From Chara braunii (taxonomy: Eukaryota; Plantae; Charophyceae): DNA of 64,000 nt. The translations under genes and the position numbers were made by a program. A model generated the notes under the pieces. That model was given only the letters and a program-made list of their open reading frames with translations. It made no database searches and was not told the origin of the DNA. Numbering within the stretch: position 1 is the first letter of the stretch; each line of letters starts with the position of its first letter. Below are positions 1 through 12,945 of the stretch, one piece after another. The stretch is from NCBI GenBank assembly GCA_003427395.1, contig BFEA01000002.1:3161292-3225291 (forward strand). The letters run 5' to 3'.

Positions 1-239
1 ATTTTCATTCAAACTTTTCAATTTCAATTTGGCTTTAGGAATTAAGCGCGGCTTCACTGGCATTTCGTGTAACTCTTTGGTGCCTCTTTGTTCTACGCGC
101 ATCCATCCTTTTGCGCTGCGCTCCTGCAGACAATCTTTCCTCGCTTCCCCAACCTCCTCCTCCGCGCCATTAGCAGCAAGCTGTAACTGTCTTTTTCTCC
201 CCCTCTTCGCGCTCTTTCTTTCTTCTTGCTTCCGTTGAA

Positions 240-3200
240 TCTTGGTATTGCTCCACCCTGTCTTTAGTAACCTCCTTTCCCGTCTTCGTCTACACGTAGG
301 AAGGCCCCGCCGATTCCCCAGGGAATTGTAGAAGTTGGACGACAGCGTGTAAGGAGGCTCTAAACTCCTCGCACTGCGATCCGATTGGCTACAAAGTACT
401 CCGAGCGGATCGACATGGCCCTTCTGTGTGTTTCCCCTTTCTCATCTCCTCCCTCATCTACCCATTCTCCGTATTCTCTTTCCCTCTCCTTCGCAACTAT
501 AAATCTCGCAAATGCGTCGTTTTTGCTCTCTCGCAATACATCAGCTAACTCTGGTGGAGTAGTGGCTAGATGAGGTGGTGATCAGCGAGTCGGAAAGTCC
601 TGACGAGTAGGTTGCAACTTTGCAGGATTGCACACTGGATTACTGTGACAGACTGCAGCATTCGGGCAATCCACGTGGTAGTTGAGCGGCCGGGGTGACG
701 ATCGCTGGATTTAGTATTGGGTACGTGGCGGCTGGGATCGACAGTGCTCGAGCCCACAAAAGTGTGTTGACGGTTAATCGAGTGGCCTGGGGCCATAGTT
801 CGAGAGCGAAAGGTGTTGTGCCTTGTCTTTTTATTCTTGTTCTCGCAATTTTTGGAGTTGTGTTGCATCGTGGGATGCCAGTTTCTCCTTTCCAGATCGT
901 ACCAGTGCATATTCTTCTCTCTCTTCTTTCCCTCTATGGATGCATGAACGGATGAATGTTTGCATATGTTACTTTGTGATGATAGTTCATGTATGAGTGT
1001 GAGTTTCGGATCCCCCCCTCGTCTTTCTCTTTTGTTGTCAAGATCTCGTCGAGCGATGATCGTTGAAACGCAAGGGTGGTACGTTGGTGAAATGCACGCC
1101 TATTCTTTTTTTTTCTCTCTCTTGGATTGATGTATCGATGATGGATGTATGCGGTATTTTTTTATTTTTTCCCTATTAAAAAGATTTTTTGTCGGAGGTT
1201 CCCTCCACGTTTTTCAATCGGTCCAACCGCCTCGTTGCTCGGAACAATCTTTCAGTTGTAGGAAAGAGTGTAACGAGGAGCTTCGTTGCATTCGTGTCGA
1301 GTGTGAACGAGCAATCCTTCAGACTAGTAATCCCTATCCCATCCCCCCCCCCCCCTCCTACATTATCATCATGAATGAACGACTCTCCTTAATTATATCG
1401 AAGAGTTTTGAAATTGACACCCCTTAGAGCTGCTGCACTCGTAAGTAAGTCCATCATCATTAGTACCACCATCATCATCATATGAGGGACGCTGAGCCCG
1501 GTTCTCAGCATGTTCGGTTCGGTTACTCCGGGTAGACTGTGAGGACCCCGGCCTCAATCTTCATTTTGAGTAGAAATTTGTTCGTGAAGATCTTTGCTCT
1601 TCTTGTTGCGTCGTCGGGGACGCTTAACTTTAAGCATCGACCCATAATTTTTTGTTTACGTCACTCAGGTTCATATTTTTTGTTTTTGCTCTTTTCTTTT
1701 GAAAAAAACGTAATTGCTTGCTCCGGAAACTTCTTCCTGAACTCATCCATCAGCTTCCTGGGTCCCTCACTATGGTGGATTCGGTGGAACATCGGCGTGA
1801 AATATCGCATTGCCTGATTTCCAACATGGAGGCGATTCCCGAAGTCGATGGGATTTGATCGCTTTGTTTTGTGAACGGTGAATCCAAGTGTATCTGTCAT
1901 GTGGACTGAGCCAGCGGAGCCATCGAGATGTCAACTTCTCGAACCTCCCCGCCCACGGTCTTTCCCGCACAATGAGGATATGACACGCGTTTGCGAGTGG
2001 GACGTACGATAAGTTGTCACCAGGATCGGTGGCCCTTACCACTTCCCTTCCGAAGCACAGTGCTCAGGATTCGTCAATGTCGACTTTGTGATTGTTGATA
2101 CTCATATCCCTCCGTCTTGCTCCCCTTCAACGTGATTGTTGATACCCATTGGCCTTGCACCCTGCGCAACGATTGTTGCTGCCCGGAACGTTTTCAAGCC
2201 CAAGGGTTGAACTATCGAACACGTGGTGAGGAGTTCAAGGAAAAAGCAGCGAGACTGCGACCCTCTGACTCGAATTCTGAGCTTTGCGACAGACAATGTC
2301 GGTCCCTTGTTTGAAATCGATATCCGATGTGCGTTCCCCCTCCCTTTCCACCAGGCATAAGACGGTGCGTTGTGCATGACGAAGTTCAAAGATTTTTTTG
2401 AATCAGATAGTTGTAAAAACCCTTCCCTGCACCTTTCCCGCTTTTGTTTGTCGCTCCATACCTGGGACCACACGGCAGATTTTAATTTTGTCATCTCGTA
2501 GAAGAAAAACAGAACCTGGGCCTAACCCTCTATCTCCAACACGGCACAAGTTAACCTGCTCCATTTTATCCGATATACTTAGTTTTTTCAAATCTTTAAG
2601 ATTCTCCATTTTATCCGATATACTTAGTTTTTTCAAATCTTTAAGATTTGTCCGACCTTGTTTTTGCAATTGCACTTTTAGTTTCGGGTTGCACATAGGT
2701 GTAGGATTTAGGGACAAATCATGTTGAATCTTCCTTTTGCCTTTTGGGTGTTCACCTTAGCGAGCATGTACACATTTCTGAATGTGATTGAGAGTCATCA
2801 TGCTTCCACGCACTTGAGGAACTGAGGCACCCACATTCACACTTGAAGTGTCATATGACATGCTTTCTTGCATTGTCGGATCGCATTCTGCATGCATGTG
2901 CATGTTTTCCAACAACTTCCTTATCCTTCTTTGAACCCTCCTTTTTTTTTCTTTTTTTTTCTTTTTTTTTTAACAAATCTCATGGCGTCAGGTAGGAGTG
3001 ATGATACGAGCATGCACTCCTACCTGACGTATCGGAGCTCCATTCTATTGGTGGGGAGTTGCACCTGCTGGAAACCAGGTCCATCGTCCCATGAGAAACA
3101 ATGAAGAACCGAGGTACAACACAAACTGGGAACCAGACCCAGTGTCCCTTCTGATCAGTGCCAGTGGGAAATCTGCAACTGATGTTGAGTCTTGTGTCTC

Positions 3201-3890
3201 TTCACCCTGAGAGGGCGCCAGATATACGTATCTTCCTAGCACTTAATCACACACTTGTTAGAAAGGCTGACCACAACATTCACAGACAATGCAATGGATT
3301 TCCCAGATCATTGATACACATGCCACGACCTGGAAACTAAGCAAAGGTTCGAGAGAGGGAAAGGATCAGGGAAATCCGACAGAGGTCTTAAAGGTACAGT
3401 AGGATCAACGTTGCTCCAGTCATTGAAGGTCAGGCTATAGTTCCTTGGGAACTCCTCTTGGGCGTTCTCTTTTGTTCCTTCCCACTTCGCCCGTCCCAAT
3501 CTCCCTCCTTGGTCCCCTCCAAGCCAGTTCTGATTGAATGATTTGATATGATGCAATATTTCTTTTTCTAGTGACATAAATTGTAATTTTTCCTTAAGGG
3601 ACTCTCATTTGATAGTGATCTCTGTTTGGATCTGTTCGTATCAGTAAATTCAGGGTCATCTAGGCGAGCACCTTCCATTTCACGAGTACACCTTCGTAAC
3701 CAGATCGCCCACATGACCGCTCGCCTTCCGATTGTGAACAGGTTCAGAGTAAAAGCATCTTCCTAGTTCAGATTCCGGGATTCCAGGAGGAGGGTCTTCC
3801 AATTCTAAGGCCACGGGAGGAATGTTCCTAACTGGCTCCAAATCTGGTGTGTCCGAGGAATTCCCGTTCATTGGGCCCTTACTTCTGCAA
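240..3890 (-). mobile_element. Decayed TE-like coding remnants, unclassified
   Basis: Broken protein-like minus-strand ORFs (1661-1900, 1770-2042, 3308-3577). The 240-340 segment (WGIGGAFLRVDEDGK) resembles the C-terminus of the LINE at 24.5 kb (WGRNSELLLVVVDDRGK). No catalytic motif recognised. Confidence 0.3.
2559..2648. repeat. Perfect 45-bp tandem duplication
   Basis: ctccattttatccgatatacttagttttttcaaatctttaagatt occurs twice in a row. Confidence 0.95.
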
Positions 3891-4704
3891 TCAGTCCGAG
3901 TCCGAGTCCAAGTCCGAGTCCGAGTCCGAGGTTCGGACTTCTACAATCGTGTGTAACTGTGAAGCGAATACGACTCTATAACCGCCCGGACTTCCCATCT
4001 TCCGAGGTCCGGATGACATTACAATGGTGCATACCATGGACAGCGAAGCGAGATGGCGAGAGACTCTGACACCAGTGCACTGGAGTGGCTTTCCTGCCTG
4101 CAAGGCACACAGACAGCCAGCAACACTCTTGTCCCTTTTCTGCTATCCTCTCCTCTGCACCAAAAATGCTTTGACAAACCAAGCCTCAAGACAGGGGGGA
4201 GAGAGAGAGAGAGAGAGTCTGAAACGGGAGCACAAGAGCATCTGTCATGCCTGTGAAGCACACAGACAGCCAGATTGGAGAAGACCAATTGCAGGTGAAA
4301 AACACGAGTTATTTGTAGGCATAGGCTACAGGTCAAAAACATCATCCCAGCATTTGTTGGTTTTGGCCAATATGATGTGAAAACGAACATGAGCACAAGG
4401 CTGAATTAACTCCCACAACATACATCATATGTCTGATGCTCAGGATACCATTCCCAGCATTTGTAATGAAGCTTCAATGATTAGAGATGTAGGTGTCAAC
4501 AGAAGTTGCTACTATGAATACCTCATTATATCAACATATATGTGATATGAGAGTGAGCTTTTGTCTCTTTCGACAGCCACTTTATAAAATTAATGTCTTA
4601 CCAGAGGACTTCTCCCGTACGTCCTTCAAGAAAAAACACTTGTGATGAAGTGCGTGTCTGAAAACATAGCTCGGGCAGCACGGAAATTATCTTTTCGATG
4701 CAAC

Positions 4705-4840
4705 TCTGTTCAGTTCGTACACCCACAAACAGTTGAAAAAGTGCGTACACGACTTCGAATCCAGATGGAACCAGATGAACAAGATCCCTGAGTTACCTGG
4801 GGCCGGTCAGTGTCACGATGATTTCTCAAGGCTGTCAACC
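4705..4840 (+). mobile_element. tRNA-derived SINE family A, copy 1
   Basis: Head gttcagttcgtac...cttcgaatccagatgg and shared tail ctgagttacctggggccggtcag...atgatttctcaaggc. Confidence 0.7.
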
Positions 4841-4849
4841 GTTTGCGAG

Positions 4850-5800
4850 GAATGACCCTCACAGGGCCCTTATCAGACATTCAAGCGTTCTGGGCTTCGG
4901 CCACTAGCAAGCCCTTGCACGCCCTAAGCGAAGGCGAGCCTGAATATCCACGTGAGGCCTGGTTTCGACATTTTTCCATATGCGGGTACTCAGACAGCTG
5001 CAGCACGCCAGTTGGTTACAGAGCAACGTGAGCCTCCCGGGTCTTTCCAAAGCAACGAGCTGTGCTGCGTAGTTGAGCCCAGGGCTCAGGTGGTTGCGCC
5101 CTGGGCACACGCTGTGTGAGCCCTACACATCACAGACTGGCAGGCCAACGAGGAAGCACGATTGTCGTCACACGAGCCGTGAGCCAATGAGAATGCTGCT
5201 GCAAACACTTGGGAGGCTAGGTGGCTGCAGGGACGTGCTGAACTGCACGAGGCCCAGGCCAGTATCTGAAAGTGGGCCTGGGGCGCAGACACTTGGGGCC
5301 AGAGGCAAGCTACTGGGCCCCCCACACGCCTGGCCCGGCCAGCCAGCAGCAGGCACACTTTGAAGGAAAGTGTGTGCCCCAGGGCTAGGACATTCTGGCC
5401 TGAGCAGGCATTGCGACCACGCTGCCGCTTTGTATTGCAACACTGCGCTATGCCGGCAGGCTGGGGCGCACGCAGGCGCTAAGAGGTGAGAGGTGAGCTG
5501 CGGGTGGCAGCGGGCGCACGGCAGCCGGGCTGAGTGTGCGGGTAAACGGGTGATGGCGATCGTGTCCTTCCTTCGGGTAGGAGGCGCATGCAGAAGGGAG
5601 ACAGGGTAATGTGAGGGGAGGAGAGAGAACGTACCTGGTGTACGCTGGCGGTCGGCATTGGTGAAGACATCACATACATCGGTCTCCAACTTCGATGTGA
5701 TCCAGTCCCATGAATGTAAATGGCATAGATAGGCAGCATAGATAGGCTGAGTAGTGTAGGCTGGGCGCTGGGTGCCAGACAGTGGGAGCGACATTGGATA
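4850..5800 (-). pseudogene. GC-rich decayed coding remnant, possibly from a DNA transposon
   Basis: GC-rich block with motif YKAAAWSQCLLRPECPSPGAH followed by a Cys-rich stretch in another frame; apparent splice donor near 5632. Confidence 0.3.
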
Positions 5801-7000
5801 GAGCGTTGGTGTGACCAGAGAGCGTCGGCATTGGCACTCGAGTTCATTGTATTGCTCTTTTTTTATTGGTATCTCGGTGCATTGTGCACTCTACTTGGTA
5901 CACGACTATCTGGACTACTTCATGATTCTTGCAATTTGGACTTCTGTCTATCGCTCTCGCTCGTATTCCTTGCACTTTATTAAAAGAGGAAAATAAAGGA
6001 AAGGTAGGGAAATTAATAAATTATACTTGTAACTTGTAAGCTGTCAATCTTATTTGCTTTCAAGTTGAACATCATGCGAGCAGGTTCTTTTAGTTTCACA
6101 GAAAGCTGCGAGATGATGCTACGGAATCACAGTCCATCTATACACCAGAAAATCTCGACAACGGTTAAAGAGGAGAGGACACCAATGAAAGGAAGAAGAA
6201 GACAGGCACAAAGGCACGAGACGATGGCACAAGATGAGAGGTAGAGGACACCCAAAAGAAAGTGCAAAAAAAAAAAACACGAAGACAGAATGATAAGCCA
6301 ACGCCCAGAAAAGGAATGCCTGTAAACAGCATACAAGGCAAGAAGAGATGGATCAGGTTAACAAGTCAATTAGGCTCGACTATTGCCCGGTAGCAATCAC
6401 CTACTTGAACACCAAGACGTTCAGCACGCAAACAACCAACGATTATCTCATAATAAATGTGCAATGGGTAAGATCTGTAGGGCTCTCAGGCTTAATCCTG
6501 AACGCCATGCGGACATAAATCATCAGCAAACACAACCTTTTGAGTGCAATGGAAAGTAATACAATATCCATGATGCTCTCAACGACTCTCACGCTTCATC
6601 CTGAAAGCCCGATGAACATAGATCAACAGCAGGGCAAGCTTTTGAATATATCTCCCTTACAAGTAAATTGAAGTAGCAAGTGACCGGAAAAAATAAACGA
6701 CCTCTACCCATTGGCGCCACTTCGACAAAAATTGAGTGCGCCGTCCAACTGAAGTAGTACAAATGATTATAAAAAAAAGCTGAAGTGTTGCACGTGCCGT
6801 GGCAGAAAGTGCTGCACCGTCTTGCACGTGCCGTGCCATAACGTGTCACGAGTGCCCATGCACCATCCCTTCCCAAATTCTGCCCGTGCAGTTGCAAAAG
6901 TAGTGTCGGTTCTGTCAGTCTCTAACTTCATTTCTCACTGGGGAAAACCAACCAAAGGTGGATTTAAAACAGTCCACAGTAAAGTTCACCCATCAGCCTC

Positions 7001-7042
<42 letters not shown>

Positions 7043-7051
7043 CTCTCTATC

Positions 7052-7094
<43 letters not shown>
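7001..7094. repeat. (CT)n/(CTAT)n microsatellite
   Basis: Seen directly. Confidence 0.97.
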
Positions 7095-8275
7095 GATTCA
7101 CACCCAGTTTGCATAAACCATGCTATCTGCCTATCTACAGCAAGCATGCCATCAGAGCCAATCTACACAATTATGCTCGAGCAGCTCAACAAATACCAAG
7201 GACAGAAGAGTGGAACCATCATCATAAACCATCTGTTCTCCACAGCTTGATAACCTTCGCATTGGCTGGCACCTGCAGGGCGTGTCACAAGGTGTCGCCT
7301 CCTGTAAAACCACCTTTCCTACTAACTTCCGTAGTTTTAACATCAATTGCCACAGCCTGCAGCTATTGCATATCTTTCACCATCTTCAATCCCCTACCAT
7401 TTCAGTTCCCTCTGCATCCCCACTAAAAAAACAAACCGAAAGGAAACAACTTTCCACCCCTCAAAGACATCAGAGAAAGTGAGCTACCTACACATAGAAA
7501 CCGTAGAAAACCGCCATCCACCTACGCTAGAAACCAGAGAAAACCACAGCCCGCCTACACTAGAAACCAGAGAAAACCACCATCCACTTACACCCCGATC
7601 CTATCTGCATATATAAATCCTAAGTTCCTAACCTTATGCACATCTAGATGAAAATATAACTGCAACAAGCCAGACCCGACGACGTCCATCCAGCAGCAGG
7701 CTTGGCTTGTTGCGCACACAGTAGCCCCGACAGAAAAAAACAACGATCGCATGTAATCGTCAGGGTCAGGACACTCTTACCAAATCCGCTAATCAGCAGC
7801 CGCAGCACACAGCCTTTGCAGCTCGTCACACGTTCCAGAGTCGTAACCGTTAAAACGACGAGTTCACACAAGCCCAAGTTGACGAAGCTATACCTCAGAA
7901 GGCTCACGAGCCTGCAACTGCGCGCCGTCCAAAGTGGTCTGCCCCTTTCTATACCGACCCGGGTCCGAATCGAGAAGCTCTTACTTACTGCGAATACCGG
8001 CAAACGCAGTACTTTGCTTCGGGTGAACCGGCGGTCTATATTGCTGATCGCGAAGCCTTCCTTTGAACTGATTGACAGACTGATTTAATTTATTGTGTCT
8101 GAAACCTTCACCAGCTTCCGCAAAGGCACATGGTAAAGAAAAAAGAAAAAAGAAAAAAAAAAACAGAGAGCAGACTGCGTATGCCTCGTCGTCCCTGCTC
8201 GCCAACCAAGATTAAAGACAAACAAGGAACCAATAAATCCGTTCCATTTGCTTTTGTCCTTCTCAGCCCCCTTAA

Positions 8276-8417
8276 ACCACCACTATCATGCGGACAATTC
8301 TCACCTGTACAAATTTTCCCGATCAGAGTAACCGCCCGGAGGCAGATCGGTACGCAGAAAGCACCGTCTCCGTGTGTACAGGAGAGAACTTAGGGAAGCC
8401 TCGCCGGTACTGGTGGT
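8276..8417. mobile_element. TTAA-flanked MITE with ACCACCA termini, divergent interior
   Basis: ttaa-accaccact...gtactggtggt-ttaa; same termini as the copies at 14778 and 56236. Confidence 0.65.
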
Positions 8418-9774
8418 TTAAACTATCACATAAAAGAATAAAAAAAAACAAAAAAACAAACACCAAAGACAAACAAACAAACAAACAAGCAAACGCACAT
8501 GAAGCGCATTCCCTTAACCCTTCCTTTCCCATATCCATGCAGTCAATAGCCCCCCGCTCACACGCTGTACATTGATTTACACAGCGGACTAGACAGGACA
8601 GCCCACAAGACAAGCCTTTCTGATAAGAAGCGCTGCGTGTGGGTCACTTGCAGCCTGCCAAGCCGGTAAATCAGCCATCACCCTCTCACCTGTACAGACC
8701 CTCTTTTACAACACTGGAACTCCAAAAATTCGCGGACCCCAACACCTCATCCTCTTTTTCCGATTTACACCGTCATCATCATTACCGCGTTGTCTTGAGA
8801 ACAAGGATCATCAGATTCACCACCACCACCACCAGCCGCAGCCGCAGTAACTGCATACAATCTCGACGCCTTAGATTTTTAGAAGATACCCCTTCTCCGC
8901 ACGACGACTGCAATGCCACGTCTTCTCCCATCTAAGATATCCTCCACATACTTACACTCCCTCCCCTCCCCTCCCCTCGCATTCCTCCTTCCCTATCTCT
9001 TCTTTCCCCCCTAGTCTTCTCACCTAGTACCTACATCAGCCAGGAATTCTCCAGCTGCGTATGGAGAGAAGGGCCAAAGCACTTGGCACGAACGACGCTG
9101 AACCGTGTGCATGTGCCGCACTCACCCACGACCCTCGTGGTCCTTAGTATGTAACATGCGTGATGCTTACTCTCTCTTCCCTGGACAACCAAGCCCCAGA
9201 TATCCGTACTGCTGCTCCCAACGCCTGCCCCCTGATACCCTTCAGCCTGCATTCCTTCCCTCCTGGGCATCCGCGCACACAGTAACTCTCCCCCACTACT
9301 CTGCGAAGAGCAGGGCCTCCACTTCCTCCCTTCCTGGATCGGCATACCGGAGGAGTGTGGCTGATCGAGATCCGAAGAGTCACCCTGCACTTCATCATCT
9401 GGCGCCACTTCACTTCCCGTCTCTTCGGTCGACCGAAGAGGGCCATAAACGTTCGTAAGCGTCTCTTGCCGCAACTTATGCACCAGGATCATGCCGTCGG
9501 CACACCCGGACAGCTTCGCAACAGTATCGTCTGCACTAGCCCATTTGTCAGGGTCTTGGAAAAACTCGGTCGGCACCTGGTGTCTGACCGACCGTACCTC
9601 TTGTACTGGGGTGTCGCAACTCGAAGACGAATCAAACACAAATTGCAGGAACGGTGCGTCCCGCAGGTTCTTGACTATCTGATGGTCAAATCAAAAGTCA
9701 ACACATGAAACAAACCAGGTCCAAACAAACAAACAAACAAACAAACAAACAAACGACTGTGAGTCTAGCCAAGT

Positions 9775-9870
9775 CAACCAGAATCAAATCAAGTAAATCA
9801 AAAGTCAACCAGAATCAAATCAAGTAAATCAAAAGTCAACCAGAATCAAGTCAAGTAAATCAAAAGTCAA
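9775..9870. repeat. 31-bp tandem repeat (about 3 copies) next to (CAAA)n
   Basis: agtcaaccagaatcaaatcaagtaaatcaaa repeated. Confidence 0.9.
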
Positions 9871-10600
9871 CACACAAAACAAATCATGTCCAAAATCAAT
9901 GAAACAAACAAACACTGTGAAATACTCCACCAAGTCGAGCAGAATCAAATCCAGAATCAAATCGAGAATCAAATAGAGGATCAAATAAATCCGGGATCAC
10001 ATCCAGGATCAAATCCAGAAGCAGATCCTGAATGAAATCCAGAACCGAGTCCAGAATCAAGTCCACACCGATCCTCTGCAACCAGCAAAACCAATCCCAG
10101 CAGCGCACTGACTGTGCTCTCTTCATCCATTACTTTGGGCCTCGCCACACCACCGTCGGAACCCAAAAAAGAATGAATGTATCTTCCCCAGAAAGCGGTG
10201 AGATGTATCCGTTGCTATTCCATAGTAACGGGTGCATCTTGCCATTCTTTGCGGGAAGATGCACTTTCTTTTTTCGAATCGACAGTGGTGTTGTGGTGAG
10301 GCCCTTTCTCCTCCGCATCAAAGCAAATTATTGGGCAGTAGGCACACAAAGGATAGTGAATACCAGATCAATAGCCATGTTCTGACTCACCGAATGGATC
10401 TCACTGTTCTCACATCAAGATCCACCAACACTGCCACCAATAACACAGCAATAACACAGCAATAACACAGCAATAACACAGCAATAGCACAGCAATAACA
10501 AAACAATGACACAGCAATAACAAAATGAATGACAGTTTGACTTGTAGCAGCAGTAGATATGTGTGAAGAGGGCGAAACAGTAGTAGTATTAGAGGAACCA

Positions 10601-10717
10601 CCGTCTTCACCCAGATACAACACCAACGCCTTGTCATTCTCGCAGCATCTGGACTGAAAGTTGCCCCAAAAACAGCGATAATGACCTGGCAGGTGTTCCA
10701 TTCAGATGAAGATGGTA
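10601..10717. mobile_element. ~110-bp palindromic MITE, TA-CCGTCTTCACCCG family
   Basis: ccgtcttcaccc...gatgaagatggta; interior matches the copies at 54001 and 60548. Confidence 0.75.
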
Positions 10718-11075
10718 GTCCCAGCAGATACCGCATAGAGAACAACTCAAGGACAGGAAGGAATAGCAGCACCAGGTCAGGACCACTAGAACAGCAAGGA
10801 GAAAGTGTACAAACCACTTCCAGGGCAAGGGAGCAACAGCGGCGGCTGCGGTACGATCAATGATATTGCCAAATGACTGTCTAGGCTTAAGAGTAGTGGT
10901 AGGTAGATACACTGAAAGGTGAATTTGAGCAAAGAATATGGCTAACTTTTTCGAAAGGGGTTTAAGGGGGGCAAAAAAAAAAAAAAAACCAGGAGTGGCC
11001 ATGCTCAGGCAGTAACAGCGTCAATAAGAAGAGATTCCAGTAGCGACGGTGTGCAGGCACTACCAATCTATCCTT

Positions 11076-11185
11076 CCGTCTTCACCCAAATAGAACGCCC
11101 GGTCACCCAAATAGCTGTATACGGGGCAACATTCAGTCTGGATACAGCCATAATGACCGGGCACTCTATACGGGTGAAGACGGTA
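11076..11185. mobile_element. ~110-bp palindromic MITE, same family
   Basis: ccgtcttcacccaaatagaacg...cgggtgaagacggta. Confidence 0.8.
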
Positions 11186-11324
11186 GTGACTAAGTTCATT
11201 AACAAAATACCTGTACCTGGGCAGCAGTAGAATGAGTGCCAGCGGGTGCTGGTCGCAGTTGCAAGCGCTTTTCTTTGTTCTTTGTTCTTTGTTCTTTGTT
11301 CACCCTATATTTCCTTTTCTTTGA

Positions 11325-11460
11325 CAGGGCGACAGCGTTGAAAATCATTGCAGCACAGACCAGACCCCAGGGAATTCAGGAATTTGGAATTCCATTCATG
11401 TAATTTCCATCTGGGTTCGAACTGAGGTTCGTATTTCAACAGTCCGTGGCTGTGGGGCCG
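11325..11460 (-). mobile_element. SINE family A, copy 2 (degraded)
   Basis: catctgggttcgaactgaggttcgtatttcaacagtcc matches copy 3; T-rich tail on the left. Confidence 0.65.
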
Positions 11461-11866
11461 TTGTTTTTCGTTTCTTTTTTTTTCCTGTGTTCAGAAGCTG
11501 TGCTAGATACATTCTTTTTGTTCCCGGTTTCGGCTGAAAAAGCAGACCAGATACAGACCTCTGCAAGCGATTCTTCGAGCCATCCCTCCAGATTGATTGC
11601 CTTGGCCGATTGTCTTGTTCTCGTCTTCGGTGCAATCGCTGCTACGGATACACCTCCGCTCCGATTCCGATCACTGGCTGAGAAAACTGCAACCGCTGTT
11701 CCAGCGCCATCTATGTCTGCTGCTTCAGCCGCAGGAGAGTGAGCAGCACTGCACGGCGTTCCTCGCTTCCTCCCGTTGATTGGCAAGCCAGTCGAGGAAG
11801 TACGCTGACCTACTGTGCATCAAGGTCCACCACAGTCAAACCAACACGGGTCAGCGTCCAAGTCTC

Positions 11867-11897
<31 letters not shown>

Positions 11898-12044
11898 GAA
11901 AACGATATATTCTCATACAGTGAGCTGTTACCCTTCATGATTTTATCCTCTTCATCTCTAATAGTAGCTGGATTCGACACCATTCTTTCGATTATCCTTT
12001 TTGTCTTTTTTTTTTCTTCTTCCTCCCTTTTATTAATATACAAC

Positions 12045-12191
12045 GGCGACCGGCGTTGAGATATTGCCGTTCAGCTGAGCGGCCCCAAGGTACTTCAGAA
12101 ATTTTGGTTTCATTCGTCTAGTTCCATCATCTGGATTCGAACTCGGGTCTGTATTTCAACAGTCCATGGACGTACCAACTGAGCTAGGCTC
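12045..12191 (-). mobile_element. SINE family A, copy 3
   Basis: Reverse strand has A-box tagctcagttggta and B-box gagttcgaatcc, then the family tail and an A-rich tract. Confidence 0.8.
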
Positions 12192-12619
12192 GTTGTTAGA
12201 ACTTAAAACTCTTCTTTTAGCTCCCGCGTTAATGTCAATGCAGTTAATAATGTTCCTTGCTGTTGATTCGTGCTTTCCAGTCTTTTCTGTTTATCTACGG
12301 GGGACAGTAGGACTTTTTTCCACTACCCTCTGGATGTAATTGCAGTCAGATCCGTCCAGATCTGGCCGCAATCACGGTCATATACATTTCGACACGCGCT
12401 AGTGTGAATATGCCCGAAATCCCGTTTTCAAGTTGATCTGACATAAGGACTTTTTTCCACTACCCTCTGGATGTAATTGCAGTCAGATCCGTCCAGATCT
12501 GGCCGCAATTACGGTCATATACGTTTAGACACGCGCTAGTGTGAGTATGCCCGAAATCCCGTTTTCAAGTTGATCTAACATATGCGGCACGCCGGAGATA
12601 AGAGAAACTCTAGAAGAAA

Positions 12620-12945
12620 GGCAGTTGGTACAGTGTCACCCCCCCTGGACTGAACTGTTAAAATATAGTTCAGTTGGTACACCCCCCCTGGACTGAACTG
12701 TTGAAATATAAACCCGAGTTCGAACTCCAATGGAAGCAGATGAGTGAAATACTACAATTCTCGATTTATGCGTGTCATCCCTGCGCAGGGGCCATGTTAA
12801 TCTCCCTTCTCTGTATCGTCCCAATTTTAACGGATGTCCCCAAGGACAGATAATTACTACCTAGGGAAAAAAAAAATAATAAAAAAAATAATAATAATCT
12901 CTGAGTTACCTAACAAGGGCCGGTCAGTTCGATGATGACGGGCCT
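12620..12945 (+). mobile_element. SINE family A, copy 4 (duplicated head, interrupted by an antisense U6 copy)
   Basis: Head tagttcagttggtac...ccgagttcgaactc; tail ctgagttacc...gggccggtcagttcgatg at 12901-12935. Confidence 0.7.
12755..12847 (-). pseudogene. U6: U6 snRNA-derived copy, near full length
   Basis: Reverse strand gtccttggggacatccgttaaaattgggacgatacagagaag(gga)gattaacatggcccctgcgcagggatgacacgcataaatcgagaattg matches plant U6 including the ACAGAGA box; small insertion and no 3' U tract. Confidence 0.9.

Noticed and set aside
9031-9639. Host gene exon (202-aa ORF)
   Set aside because: No recognisable motif; probably a decayed TE fragment, left unannotated
12755-12847. Functional U6 gene
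   Set aside because: Insertion next to the ACAGAGA box, altered AGC triad, no 3' U tract, and nested inside TEs
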